A stretch of DNA of 64,000 nucleotides from an uncultured Bacilli bacterium (GTDB taxonomy: Bacteria > Bacillota_I > Bacilli_A > RF39 > UBA660). The stretch's first letter is position 1. Every line of letters begins with the position of its first letter. Positions 19,921 to 29,389 of the stretch are shown here, piece after piece. The notes under the pieces are model-generated. The model did not search any database. It was not told the origin of the DNA and saw only the letters and a list, made by a program, of their open reading frames with translations. Location: positions 882,122 to 946,121 of the forward strand of contig OZ007022.1 of assembly GCA_963931515.1 (NCBI GenBank), written 5' to 3'. The position numbers and the translations under genes were made by a program.

Positions 19921-20796
19921 TTAAAATTCGATTAATTCGTACTCTCTTTCACCAAAGCCTAGTTCGCTTGCTGCTTCAACAGTATGAACACCATGTCTTG
20001 ATTCGATTCTTTCGATTAATTTATCTCTACCTGGGTCTTTTGAATTATAAACTAAATCTAGACAAGCTTGGTCAACGGCAATTGGATCAGTACTAGCTAA
20101 AACTCCAATATCCTCCATACAAGGTGCAGAGGCATTACCATCACAATCACAATCTACTGAGATATTTTTCATAACATTTATATATACAATATTATCTTTG
20201 AAATGATTTACAACGCTTTCAGCTGCATCGGCCATTGCTTCTAGGAATCTATCTTGCTCTGGAAGGTTATCCCAAAGTTTTGTTTGATCGTTAGTAGCGC
20301 CTGCTGTATGAATTAAAGTTTTACCGGCAGAAGATGCACAACCGATTGAAAGTTGTTTTAAAGCTCCACCATATCCACCCATGGCATGACCTTTAAAGTG
20401 AGATAGAACTAACATTGAATCATAGTTGGCTAAATCTTTACCAACATAATTTTTCTTTAAAATTTTTCCATTTGGAACATCTAATTCTAAATCTGGTCCT
20501 TCTTCATCTAATAAATCAAATTTGAAATATTTATCCCATTCGTGTTCTTTAATTAACTGTTTATGTTTTTCTGTAGAGTTTCTAGCTCCTTCATAAGCCG
20601 TGTTACATTCAACTACTGTACCATTTACATGGTCTACTAATGGTTTTACAAATTCTGGTCTTAGGTAGTTTTGATTACCTTTTTCACCAGAGTGTAATTT
20701 AACTGCTACATTACCTTTTAGATTTACGCCTAATTTTTCATAGATTTTAATTAGACTTTCTTTAGTAATTTCTTTTGTAAAATAAACTTTTGACAT
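19921..20796 (-). CDS. DUF362-like protein
   Basis: VLSHFKGHAMGGYGGALKQLSIGCAS and Cys-rich C-terminal segment (VDCDCDGNASAPCMED). Confidence 0.5.
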   Translation of the reverse strand: MSKVYFTKEITKESLIKIYEKLGVNLKGNVAVKLHSGEKGNQNYLRPEFVKPLVDHVNGTVVECNTAYEGARNSTEKHKQLIKEHEWDKYFKFDLLDEEGPDLELDVPNGKILKKNYVGKDLANYDSMLVLSHFKGHAMGGYGGALKQLSIGCASSAGKTLIHTAGATNDQTKLWDNLPEQDRFLEAMADAAESVVNHFKDNIVYINVMKNISVDCDCDGNASAPCMEDIGVLASTDPIAVDQACLDLVYNSKDPGRDKLIERIESRHGVHTVEAASELGFGEREYELIEF

Positions 20797-20989
20797 TGTG
20801 TCAACCTCCTTTACAATATAATTATATTATTTTTTTTAGAAAAATGCAACTGAGGATTTTTTGGGCATTTTAATTTTTTTTTAATATTTTTGATGTTTGT
20901 TAAAGAATGTAAGTAATGATATTATTATATATGTGGTTATTTATCACAGATTTTATTTAAAGTTATAAAATAAATTAGGGAGTGATTTT

Positions 20990-22360
20990 ATGTTTAAATA
21001 TGAAACTAATTCTAGATTAGTTAAACCTGGTCAGACATTCGTAGCTATTAAAGGTTATACAGTGGATGGCCATGATTATATAAATGATGCGATTAAAAAT
21101 GGAGCTACTGCAGTTATTGCGGAAAAGAAAGTTAAATGTAGTGTTCCTGTAACTGCTGTAGAAAATTCAGCTAAGTATTATCAAGAATTACTTGTTAAAG
21201 AATATAAAGATGATTTTAAAGATTTAAAATTAATTGGGATTACTGGTACTAATGGTAAGACGACATCGGCTTATTTGACTTATCAAATGCTTTTATCTTT
21301 AGGTAAAAAAGTTGCTTATATTGGAACTTTAGGTTTTATGTGTGAAGACTATTTTGAGGAACTACCAAATACTTCACCAGAAATTTTAACTACTTACAAG
21401 TTGCTTGATAAGGCTAAAAATTTGAAATGCGAATATGTGGTTATGGAAGTTAGTAATTTTGCTTTAGACCAAAAGAGAATTGAAGGACTCGAGTTTGTAG
21501 CTGGAGCTTTTACTAATTTAACTGAGGACCATTTAGATTATCACAAAACAATGGAAAATTATTTAGAAGCTAAATTGAAATTAACTGATTATATAAAAAA
21601 AGACGGTGTTTTACTTGTTAATAAAGATGATGAGGCTAGTAAAAGATTTATAGAAAGATTTAAAAATACCAAGACTTATGGATTTGGAGATGCGGATTAT
21701 GATATTATTAGTGACGACATTCATCCAGACCATACTGATATTAAATTTAAAGTTAAAGGGCACGAATATAAAGTTACTACTAATTTGACAAGTAAATTTA
21801 ATGTTTATAATTATTTTACAATGTTTGGTATTTTATGTGAATTAGGTTTTGATATTGATATGTTAATTAATAAAACTAGTGATTTAAAAGCACCTAAAGG
21901 TAGATGTGAAACTTATAAGGTTAAAAATGGTTTTGCGGTTGTCGATTATGCCCATACACCTGATGCAGTTTTAAAGGTTGTTACAGCTTATAAAGAACTT
22001 GCCAAAGCAAGAGTTATTACATTAGTTGGTTGTGGTGGTGATAGAGATCCAATGAAAAGACCTATTATGGGTGAGATTGCTTCTAATTATAGTGATTATG
22101 TAATCTTTACTAATGATAATCCAAGAACTGAAGATCCAGAAAATATTATGAAAGATATTTTAAAAGGAGTTAAGAAAGATAATTATGAAGTTTGTTTAGA
22201 TAGGCGTGAAGCTATTAAAAAAGCTTTAGATATGATTGAAAAAGATGATATTGTATTGTTACTTGGTAAGGGTCATGAAGATTATCAAATTTTAGGTCAT
22301 ACTAAAGTACATTTAGATGATAGTGAAGAAATACTTAAATATATAGAAAAAAGCGAATAA
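20990..22360 (+). CDS. murE: UDP-N-acetylmuramoyl-L-alanyl-D-glutamate ligase MurE
   Basis: Mur-ligase P-loop GITGTNGKTT and the MurE-specific DNPR motif (TNDNPRTEDP). Confidence 0.85.
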   Translation: MFKYETNSRLVKPGQTFVAIKGYTVDGHDYINDAIKNGATAVIAEKKVKCSVPVTAVENSAKYYQELLVKEYKDDFKDLKLIGITGTNGKTTSAYLTYQMLLSLGKKVAYIGTLGFMCEDYFEELPNTSPEILTTYKLLDKAKNLKCEYVVMEVSNFALDQKRIEGLEFVAGAFTNLTEDHLDYHKTMENYLEAKLKLTDYIKKDGVLLVNKDDEASKRFIERFKNTKTYGFGDADYDIISDDIHPDHTDIKFKVKGHEYKVTTNLTSKFNVYNYFTMFGILCELGFDIDMLINKTSDLKAPKGRCETYKVKNGFAVVDYAHTPDAVLKVVTAYKELAKARVITLVGCGGDRDPMKRPIMGEIASNYSDYVIFTNDNPRTEDPENIMKDILKGVKKDNYEVCLDRREAIKKALDMIEKDDIVLLLGKGHEDYQILGHTKVHLDDSEEILKYIEKSE

Positions 22361-22376
22361 TTGAAATTCGCTTTTT
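22353..22376. terminator. Hairpin terminator at the murE 3' end
   Basis: gcgaat / attcgc stem overlapping the stop codon plus T5. Confidence 0.55.
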
Positions 22377-22743
22377 ATATTGTAGTAGGCGCGAGAAAAT
22401 CGAAGACTTTAATATTTCTCAAAATACCATAAATTATAAAAATTACTATTACTACATACCAAACTTTTTCGGGAATTTTTTTATATAATGATTTATCTTT
22501 TCTTATTAAGTAATCAATATACAAATATAGGCCTATTGGAAGTGAAATAAAAAGTAGTGGATTATATCTAAAGGCTCCATAAAAATCTAATTTTAAAAGT
22601 GAAAGTAACATTCTAGTAATACCACATCCTGGACAATAAAAGCCTGTAATTGTTTTGATTGGACAAGGTATATAAAAATGAACGTAACTAGAGATTAATA
22701 AATATGTAATTAATAAAAGTAATACAATTAAAAATTTCTTCAT
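22375..22743 (-). CDS. DUF2752-like membrane protein
   Basis: GFYCPGCGITRMLLSLL motif and 3-4 TM helices. Confidence 0.5.
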   Translation of the reverse strand: MKKFLIVLLLLITYLLISSYVHFYIPCPIKTITGFYCPGCGITRMLLSLLKLDFYGAFRYNPLLFISLPIGLYLYIDYLIRKDKSLYKKIPEKVWYVVIVIFIIYGILRNIKVFDFLAPTTI

Positions 22744-22755
22744 AAAGAAAAAAGC

Positions 22756-23130
22756 TTAAGCGCTTTGTCCTTGTCTTGCTCTAGTTATTTCATTTAAACC
22801 ATTTTGAATTAGGGCATAATTAATAATACCAAAACCAATTAACTGCAAAAGTAAAAATATTACAGAATTATCTTCAGCTCGTAAATTATTTTTTTCTTTA
22901 GCTATCATTAATAATTTACCCATTTTGTAGGCCCAATAGATACCATAAATACCACAGGTAATAATTGTTAATAAAAATGCTACTCCACCTGATGATAAGC
23001 TAGTATCTTCACTGGCTTGTTCTGTCTCGTTGGTGATACAGATAAACCAATAAATTCCATAAATTCCGCAGGTTACAATGGTTAAAATAATACTAGTAGC
23101 AATTCCTCTTTCTCTCATACTCTCACCCAC
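22756..23130 (-). CDS. Small membrane protein with an internally duplicated TCGIYGIYW motif
   Basis: Two copies of T(I/V)(V/T)TCGIYGIYW within TM segments. Confidence 0.45.
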   Translation of the reverse strand: MGESMRERGIATSIILTIVTCGIYGIYWFICITNETEQASEDTSLSSGGVAFLLTIITCGIYGIYWAYKMGKLLMIAKEKNNLRAEDNSVIFLLLQLIGFGIINYALIQNGLNEITRARQGQSA

Positions 23131-23160
23131 TATTAATATAAACTATATACTATATGAATG

Positions 23161-23766
23161 TTAATCATTATTTAAAAATTTTTGGGCTTTATTTTTTATT
23201 CTGGAGATTGCATTATCAATTGACTTATTATCTTTATCTAAAATTTCAGCAATTTCACGGTAGTTAAAACCGCTTATTTTAAGTTCGAAAACAGCACTTT
23301 CAAATGGAGTTAAAGTTTTTTGAATATTTTTGACTAGTTCTTTAGCATTTTCATTATCAATTAATTTATTTTCTGGATTACTATTACTATCTTCTAATAA
23401 ATTTTCTAATCCTTTGTTATCGTGGGCTAGGTCTTCAACGTAATATGATTCGTTTAACAGTTGGTGTTTAAAGCGGCTAGCTGATTTAACAAGACTAATT
23501 AATCTTCTTTCGATGCAGGTTTTAGCATACGTAAAAAAAGTTGTGTCTTTATTCTCATCAAAGGTGTTTATGGCAGTACTAAAGCCGATCATTCCTTCTT
23601 GGATTAAATCATTTAAGTCAAAGCCGGTATTTTGAGTTGTATTATATATTTTTTTTGCTAGACCGATGATTAATGGTTTATATTTATGAAATAATGTTTC
23701 GGTGGCTTCTTCATTATCTGCTACCATAGATAATACTTCATAATCGTTTGCGTTATCATATTTCAC
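23161..23766 (-). CDS. Sigma-70 family sigma factor (SigH-like by context)
   Basis: Region-2 and region-4 HTH features; sits downstream of rlmB as in the Bacillus mrnC-rlmB-sigH arrangement. Confidence 0.65.
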   Translation of the reverse strand: MKYDNANDYEVLSMVADNEEATETLFHKYKPLIIGLAKKIYNTTQNTGFDLNDLIQEGMIGFSTAINTFDENKDTTFFTYAKTCIERRLISLVKSASRFKHQLLNESYYVEDLAHDNKGLENLLEDSNSNPENKLIDNENAKELVKNIQKTLTPFESAVFELKISGFNYREIAEILDKDNKSIDNAISRIKNKAQKFLNND

Positions 23767-24458
23767 CTTTTTCTCACCGCCTCGTAAATGACTAAAGCAG
23801 CTGCGACTGAAGCATTTAAACTGTTTACAGTACCATACATTGGTATTTTGGCTATAAAGTCACAGTTCTCAGCTACTAGTCTACTCATTCCTTTTCCCTC
23901 GTTACCGATAATAAGAGCTATTTTTCCGGTATAATCTATTTTTTTGTAATCAGTTCCTTCCATATCAGTTCCAATAATCCAAAATCCGTTATCTTTTAAA
24001 GTCTTGATGGCATTTGTAAGATTGCTGACCATAGCTATATTTACTTTTTCTAAGGTTCCAGCACTAGTTTTCATAACTGTAGCATTTACTTTGACAGACC
24101 TATCTTTAGGTATGATTATACTAGTTATACCGGCAGCTTCACAGGTTCTGATGATGGCTCCAAAATTATGTGGATCTTCTAAGTGATCTAATATTACTAT
24201 AATATTTTTGTCTAATAATTTATCTAAAAAACAATAATTATAGTCTTTGATATCGAGAATAATACCTTGATGATTTCCGTTTTCAATTTTATCTAATTCA
24301 TGTTTAGGTAATAATTTGGTTTGAATGTTATTGTCTTTTATTTTATTTAATATATCTTTGTCATTGAAGTTGTCATAAAGATATATTTTATTTACGATTT
24401 TTGGATTATTTAATATTTCTTTTGCGACGTTTTTTCCAAATACATGCATTTTAATCAC
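23763..24458 (-). CDS. rlmB: TrmH-family 23S rRNA 2'-O-methyltransferase RlmB
   Basis: SpoU methylase motifs (LDHLEDPHNFGAIIRT, LIIGNEGKGMSRL). Confidence 0.75.
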   Translation of the reverse strand: MIKMHVFGKNVAKEILNNPKIVNKIYLYDNFNDKDILNKIKDNNIQTKLLPKHELDKIENGNHQGIILDIKDYNYCFLDKLLDKNIIVILDHLEDPHNFGAIIRTCEAAGITSIIIPKDRSVKVNATVMKTSAGTLEKVNIAMVSNLTNAIKTLKDNGFWIIGTDMEGTDYKKIDYTGKIALIIGNEGKGMSRLVAENCDFIAKIPMYGTVNSLNASVAAALVIYEAVRKR

Positions 24459-25197
24459 CTACTATATATTTCATAATTTCATTTATTCTGTTTTGATTAT
24501 TTTTGATTTCTAAATAACCTAATAGAGCTTCAAGTCCGGTGGCTTTTTTATAAGTTATTATACTAGTATGTTTAGGATGAGATAGAACTTTATGATTTCT
24601 AGCTCTTTTGACGATTTCCAATTCTTCACTGGTTAGAAAGTTATCTTCTATCATTTTATCTAGAAAATTACTTTGGGCTTTAGCTGATACGTATTTTATG
24701 GCCATTTCTTGTAAGTCTTTTACTTTATAATTTCCCTTTTTGGTTAAATATTTTCTGATATACAGTTCATATGTGGCATCTCCTAGATAGGCTAAGGCTA
24801 GAGAATTTATATTTAAAATGTTTAAGTAATTTAATATAAGTTTAATATCGTTTTGGTCTTTTTCTCTATTTAATGTTTTTTTTAATTTTAAAACTTCTTC
24901 TGGAGTTTGAACTAAATAGTTTTCAATTGTTTTTCCTTTGTATTCATTATAATAATGAGTACTAAAGTTAATAATATTATCTATGAAATAAACTTTATAA
25001 TTATCTATTTCTTTATCGAAGGTGCAGTTAAATGTTTTTAGTAATATGTCATTATACTCTTTTGTTACGGCAATATCAATATCATGACATGTATCTTTAA
25101 TGCCATTTAATACTAAAGCAGCAGAGCCAATTATGATGATGTTTTGGCTATCTAAATTATATTTTTGTAATATTTGTAGTACTTCACTTTTATTCAT
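24451..25197 (-). CDS. mrnC: Mini-ribonuclease III-like protein with an extra ~115-aa N-terminal region
   Basis: C-terminal half carries the Mini-III signature (SLALAYLGDATYELYIRKYL); N-terminal half is unassigned. Confidence 0.6.
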   Translation of the reverse strand: MNKSEVLQILQKYNLDSQNIIIIGSAALVLNGIKDTCHDIDIAVTKEYNDILLKTFNCTFDKEIDNYKVYFIDNIINFSTHYYNEYKGKTIENYLVQTPEEVLKLKKTLNREKDQNDIKLILNYLNILNINSLALAYLGDATYELYIRKYLTKKGNYKVKDLQEMAIKYVSAKAQSNFLDKMIEDNFLTSEELEIVKRARNHKVLSHPKHTSIITYKKATGLEALLGYLEIKNNQNRINEIMKYIVGD

Positions 25198-26053
25198 TTT
25201 CTTCTATCCTATCAAAAGTTACCCCTTTAATATAGCCATTTTTTACATCACCAATTATTAATGATATTACTTTATCATAGTCGATATTTCCACCTTTAAT
25301 TAGACAGCCTCTTTTTTTGCCTATTTCTTCGATACTTGTGACGATATCTTCATCTAGATAATCTAAATTATATCTTTCTTTTAAGATATTAGGATAATAT
25401 TTTTCTAAGGTAATTAAGATATGACAAGCAACATCAAATAAAGGTAAGGTTTCTTCTTTAATAGCTGTTAGGGCCGCTAGATTTAAAGCTTCTCTTTGAT
25501 CTAGTTTTGGCCATAGTATACCTGGGGTGTCTAGTAATTCTATTTTGTCATTTACTCTTATCCAACCAATACTTTTAGTAACTCCTGGTTTATTACCAAT
25601 ACTAGCGACTTTTTTACCAGCCAAATGGTTTATTAAGGTTGATTTTCCAACATTTGGGACACCTATTACTAATACTCTTGCTTTCCTATTTAAAAGGCCT
25701 TGTTTTTCTCTTTTTTCCCACTTTTCTTTTAAAAGTTTCTCTGTTGTATTTAAAATCTGCTTTAAATTACTATTATTTTCTAAATTAATAAGAATAACGG
25801 TATAGCCTTTACTTTCATAGTATTTTATCCATTTGTTGGTTTCATCTTTATCACATAAGTCAGCTTTGGTCATTATCATTAATCTTGGTTTATCACTAGT
25901 GTATTCATCAATATCAATTATTTTAGATGACTTAGGCATACGACTATCTACTACTTCATAAATGATATCAATGTATTTTAAATTTTCTTTGATTAATCTT
26001 TTGGTTTTAGCCATATGACCAGGGTACCAGTTAATATTTAGTTTCTCATTCAT
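25190..26053 (-). CDS. rbgA: Ribosome biogenesis GTPase A (RbgA/YlqF)
   Basis: MNEKLNINWYPGHMAKT start and circularly permuted GTPase motifs (DSRMP, VIGVPNVGKST); ATG at 26051-26053 preferred over the track's upstream GTG. Confidence 0.8.
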   Translation of the reverse strand: MNEKLNINWYPGHMAKTKRLIKENLKYIDIIYEVVDSRMPKSSKIIDIDEYTSDKPRLMIMTKADLCDKDETNKWIKYYESKGYTVILINLENNSNLKQILNTTEKLLKEKWEKREKQGLLNRKARVLVIGVPNVGKSTLINHLAGKKVASIGNKPGVTKSIGWIRVNDKIELLDTPGILWPKLDQREALNLAALTAIKEETLPLFDVACHILITLEKYYPNILKERYNLDYLDEDIVTSIEEIGKKRGCLIKGGNIDYDKVISLIIGDVKNGYIKGVTFDRIEENE

Positions 26054-26067
26054 TATAATCACTTCCT
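26019..26067. repeat. 49-bp direct repeat, copy 1 (covers the rbgA RBS and first codons)
   Basis: agttaatatttagtttctcattcattataatcacttcctatttattgttt recurs at 27109-27157 with a single-T difference. Confidence 0.8.
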
Positions 26068-26069
26068 AT

Positions 26070-26920
26070 TTATTGTTTCATTTCTAATTTCTTGTTTACC
26101 TTACCTTCTAATCGTTTTCTTTCTTTTTCAAGTTCTTTTAAACTTTTCTTAGGTGTAGGCATATCTTCGGGCATCATTCCACCAATGTCAGCAATCGCTT
26201 TTCTAACCTTTTTACCCACTTCATAATGGACATTTTTGGCATTGTATTCTCCTTGAACATTATCCCTTATAAGTTTTTGCTTCGTTTGATTGATTCTAAA
26301 CAAATTAGCTACTAGCTCATCATCATTCATATTATCTAAAATATCTTCTCTATATCGTAACTTTTTTCTTTTAAAAATGTCATCAGCTGTTTCACCATTG
26401 TATAGTCCTTTATATCCCGCATTATGAAACTCAGCCATATTTTTACTCCTGCAGATGAGGCAACTTTTTGTAAAGTATAATTACCTTGTTTTGTTAATTT
26501 TCTTTGATAAAGTCTTTTTTCATCCTCTGATAGAGAATCATATTCTTGTTCGGTGATTTCCTGCTTTCTCGTTTGAACAGCAAAATAAGTTTGACCTAAT
26601 GCGACAACTTCTTTACTTGGATCAGCATTTTGTACTATCAAATAACAAATATATCTTGATAATTTATAATCCTTAATAAATTCTTGTTTGCCTTTTCCTG
26701 TTTTTATTGGCTTGTTGATTTCAACAACCCAATCTTCATTACCATGAATACTATTATTTGCAGACATTATTGCTTTATCAATTACTTTCTTAAAATTTCT
26801 CCAATCTTTATATTCTAAAACCTTTTGCAGATCACGGGCAAGCCAATATTCGTTACCATATTCATCAATATGTTTTATATCTTCAAAAGTTTTACTAGTA
26901 TATTTATTAACAATTTCCAT
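26070..26920 (-). pseudogene. dinD: DNA-damage-inducible protein D (DinD) homologue, frameshifted
   Basis: Two overlapping ORFs (26336-26920 and 26070-26438) together align along DinD (LSRYICYLIVQNADPSKEVVALGQTYFAVQTRKQE; EFHNAGYKGLY...MPTPKKSLKELE); frames switch at the T5 run 26440-26444. Confidence 0.7.
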
Positions 26921-27108
26921 TATGCTTGCCTCCTTTTTAAAATATAATATATAAGTTTTTATCCTACTATATCAACTAAAAAATACCTCATTTTTGAATA
27001 AAAATAACTTTTTTTGCTATTTTTAGTCATTTTTAAAAAAATACGCAATGTTTCAATGCTCGTAAATTCTTTATTTATAAAGATTTTTCAAAGGGATTTA
27101 CTAAATTG

Positions 27109-27157
27109 GTATCAAGCAGTTAATATTAGTTTCTCATTCATTATAATCACTTCCTAT
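27109..27157. repeat. 49-bp direct repeat, copy 2
   Basis: Near-identical to 26019-26067; the two copies bracket the dinD pseudogene. Confidence 0.8.
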
Positions 27158-27260
27158 TTATTGTTTAAATAGCAAAATGTATTTATCATTATTACTGCCT
27201 GTTAAATCTATTTAATTATATCATAAATTTAAAGCAAAAGAAAAAGTAGTATTTTTACTA

Positions 27261-27743
27261 CTAATTAGAATAATTAATTTGAATGTATTTTAGTATTTCT
27301 TCAATGTTTTTTTCAGAAACGAAGTCATAACCTTTATGAAACATTTCTTTTGTTTTAGAATCTTTTTGTTTCATGGCTTTTCCAGCTAGTTTGACAATTA
27401 TCTTTTTGAATATATTTAATTTTGAATAGTTAATGCCACCTCTTAGGTAAAATAAAGGTTTATCTATTTGATTAGATTTTTTTAGTTCATTTAGATAATC
27501 ACTAGAAAAAGGATAAGCCCCGACAGCACCATAGATAACGATGTTAAAGTTATCTTGAAGTTTAGATTTCCCTTGTATTTTTCCAGCACAAATCCATCCT
27601 AAAAAAATAGCTTTATCTTCTTTGGTTAAATGTTTTGCTGCTTCGGCTGAAGTATAATATGGAATTTTTAGTTTGTCACTTAACATTTTGGCATATCTTA
27701 AGGTGTGATTTGTTTTACTTTCGTATATTATAGCTTTAATCAT
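27261..27743 (-). CDS. Flavodoxin-like protein (160 aa)
   Basis: MIKAIIYESKTNHTLRYAKML N-terminus typical of short flavodoxin-fold proteins. Confidence 0.5.
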   Translation of the reverse strand: MIKAIIYESKTNHTLRYAKMLSDKLKIPYYTSAEAAKHLTKEDKAIFLGWICAGKIQGKSKLQDNFNIVIYGAVGAYPFSSDYLNELKKSNQIDKPLFYLRGGINYSKLNIFKKIIVKLAGKAMKQKDSKTKEMFHKGYDFVSEKNIEEILKYIQINYSN

Positions 27744-27835
27744 AAAATAGACTCCTTTATAATCTTTAATATTATTATATCATACATTATCAAAAACGAA
27801 ATATTCATAGAACAAAAGTCAAAAATTATTTTAAC

Positions 27836-27945
27836 TTAGCTTACCTCACGATAAGCTTTTTCTACTTCACAGGGACCTTAGGTCCCTCCATAGACCAATA
27901 TCGGATAGTCGCTACCCTACTTTTTTACTTTGTCAAAATTTAACA
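27836..27945 (-). ncRNA. Orphan omega-RNA-like structured module (second copy of the tnpB right end, no tnpB attached)
   Basis: About 85% identical to 8707-8808; hairpin 2 differs by paired substitutions (agggacc-tta-ggtccct versus agaaacc-taa-ggcttct), hairpin 3 likewise; strand inferred from the tnpB-linked copy. Confidence 0.45.
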
Positions 27946-28110
27946 ATTGTTTTATTTTTTATTATATAATAGATTAACTACTCATTCTTAATGTTTGTTT
28001 AAATTAACCCTTAATATTTTTATATCATCACCTCATCTCTTTGATGTACTTAGCATATCACAAACATTTGTTCTTGTAAATAGTTTTTTATTTCTTACAA
28101 AGCAAATTCT
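27836..28110. mobile_element. tnpB-less IS200/IS605-derived remnant (right-end block plus internal left-end block)
   Basis: 27836-27945 matches the element-1 right end; 28025-28100 resembles element-1 9960-10040 (shared catcacc...atatcac...ttgtaaatagtttt). Confidence 0.45.
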
Positions 28111-28215
28111 TAGTATAAAAAAGGGGTGAAATAAATTTCACCCTTCACCCTAACGGGTGATTTTTTTTGCTTTAATCAAAATTTATTGGTAAAATTTAGT
28201 TTAAAGTGATGTTAT

Positions 28216-29376
28216 ATGATATTGTGTACTAGTAAAGATAAAGATTTTGAAAATTATAAAGAACGTATTTCTATTAGAAAAGTATTTTTTACTATTAAAG
28301 AAATTTTTAAAGATCATTGGGATGATTATCAAACTAAATATTCTCATATTAAAAGACGTCCTATTATCAATATTGTAATTGATAAATTTCTTAAATGTAA
28401 AACTTTTCTTCTTGGTTATTCTGTTTATAAATGTCCTATTTGTGATAAGGAAAAAGTTGTCCCTAATACTTGTAAAACTAGATTCTGTTCTTCTTGTGGT
28501 AATAAATACAATGAAGATAGAGCTATTTCTATCTTTTCTAAACTATTTAAATGGCGTCATCGTCATGTTGTTTTTACTATTCCAGAAGATTTAAGAGGAA
28601 TCTTTCAAAATAATAGAAAACTATTAAATCTTCTTTTTCAAGCTTCTGCTATTACTATTAAATATTGGTTTAAAGAAAAATACAAAAGGGACAATCTCAT
28701 TCCTGCCTTTATATCTGTCCTTCATACTTATGGTAGAGCTTTAAATTGGAATCCACACATTCATATGATTTTATTAGATGGTGGTATATCCAAAACAAAT
28801 TTTAAAAACATAGACTTCTTTTCATATGCTTCTTTCAGAAAACGATTTATGAAAGTCATTCTAGATTTATTAGAAAATGAACTTGGAAAAGATGAATTTA
28901 GACAAATCAAAAACGATTTATATCGTAGATACAAAGATGGCTTTTATGTTTACGCCCCTAAATCATTATATAAATCTATTAAAGATCTCTTAAAATATGT
29001 TTGTAGATATTTATCGAGACCTGTTATGGCTGAATCTCGTATTTTAGATTATGATGGTATCTTTGTCACCTTTTGGTATCAAAGGCATACTGATAACGTA
29101 ATTGTTATAGAAAAAATTCATGCTTATGAATTTATTCATCGATTAATTATTCATATCCCTGAACCAAATTTTAAATATATTAGATTTTATGGTGCTTACA
29201 ATAACAAAACTATTATTACTATTGATGTAGCTAAATTTATGGATAATGACAGAATTAATTTTAAAAAATCTCTAAACAAATGGCGTAATAAAATTTTAAT
29301 TAATTTTCATGTTGATCCTCTTATTTGTCCACATTGTCACGAAGAAATGGTATACTATAATAGTTACTACACGTAA
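28216..29376 (+). CDS. IS91-family (HUH, Y2) rolling-circle transposase
   Basis: N-terminal zinc-binding CPICDK...CKTRFCSSCG; HUH motif LHTYGRALNWNPHIHMILLDGG; catalytic tyrosine pair in LKYVCRYLSRPVMAESRI. Confidence 0.75.
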   Translation: MILCTSKDKDFENYKERISIRKVFFTIKEIFKDHWDDYQTKYSHIKRRPIINIVIDKFLKCKTFLLGYSVYKCPICDKEKVVPNTCKTRFCSSCGNKYNEDRAISIFSKLFKWRHRHVVFTIPEDLRGIFQNNRKLLNLLFQASAITIKYWFKEKYKRDNLIPAFISVLHTYGRALNWNPHIHMILLDGGISKTNFKNIDFFSYASFRKRFMKVILDLLENELGKDEFRQIKNDLYRRYKDGFYVYAPKSLYKSIKDLLKYVCRYLSRPVMAESRILDYDGIFVTFWYQRHTDNVIVIEKIHAYEFIHRLIIHIPEPNFKYIRFYGAYNNKTIITIDVAKFMDNDRINFKKSLNKWRNKILINFHVDPLICPHCHEEMVYYNSYYT

Positions 29377-29389
29377 CTAAGGAGGTCAT

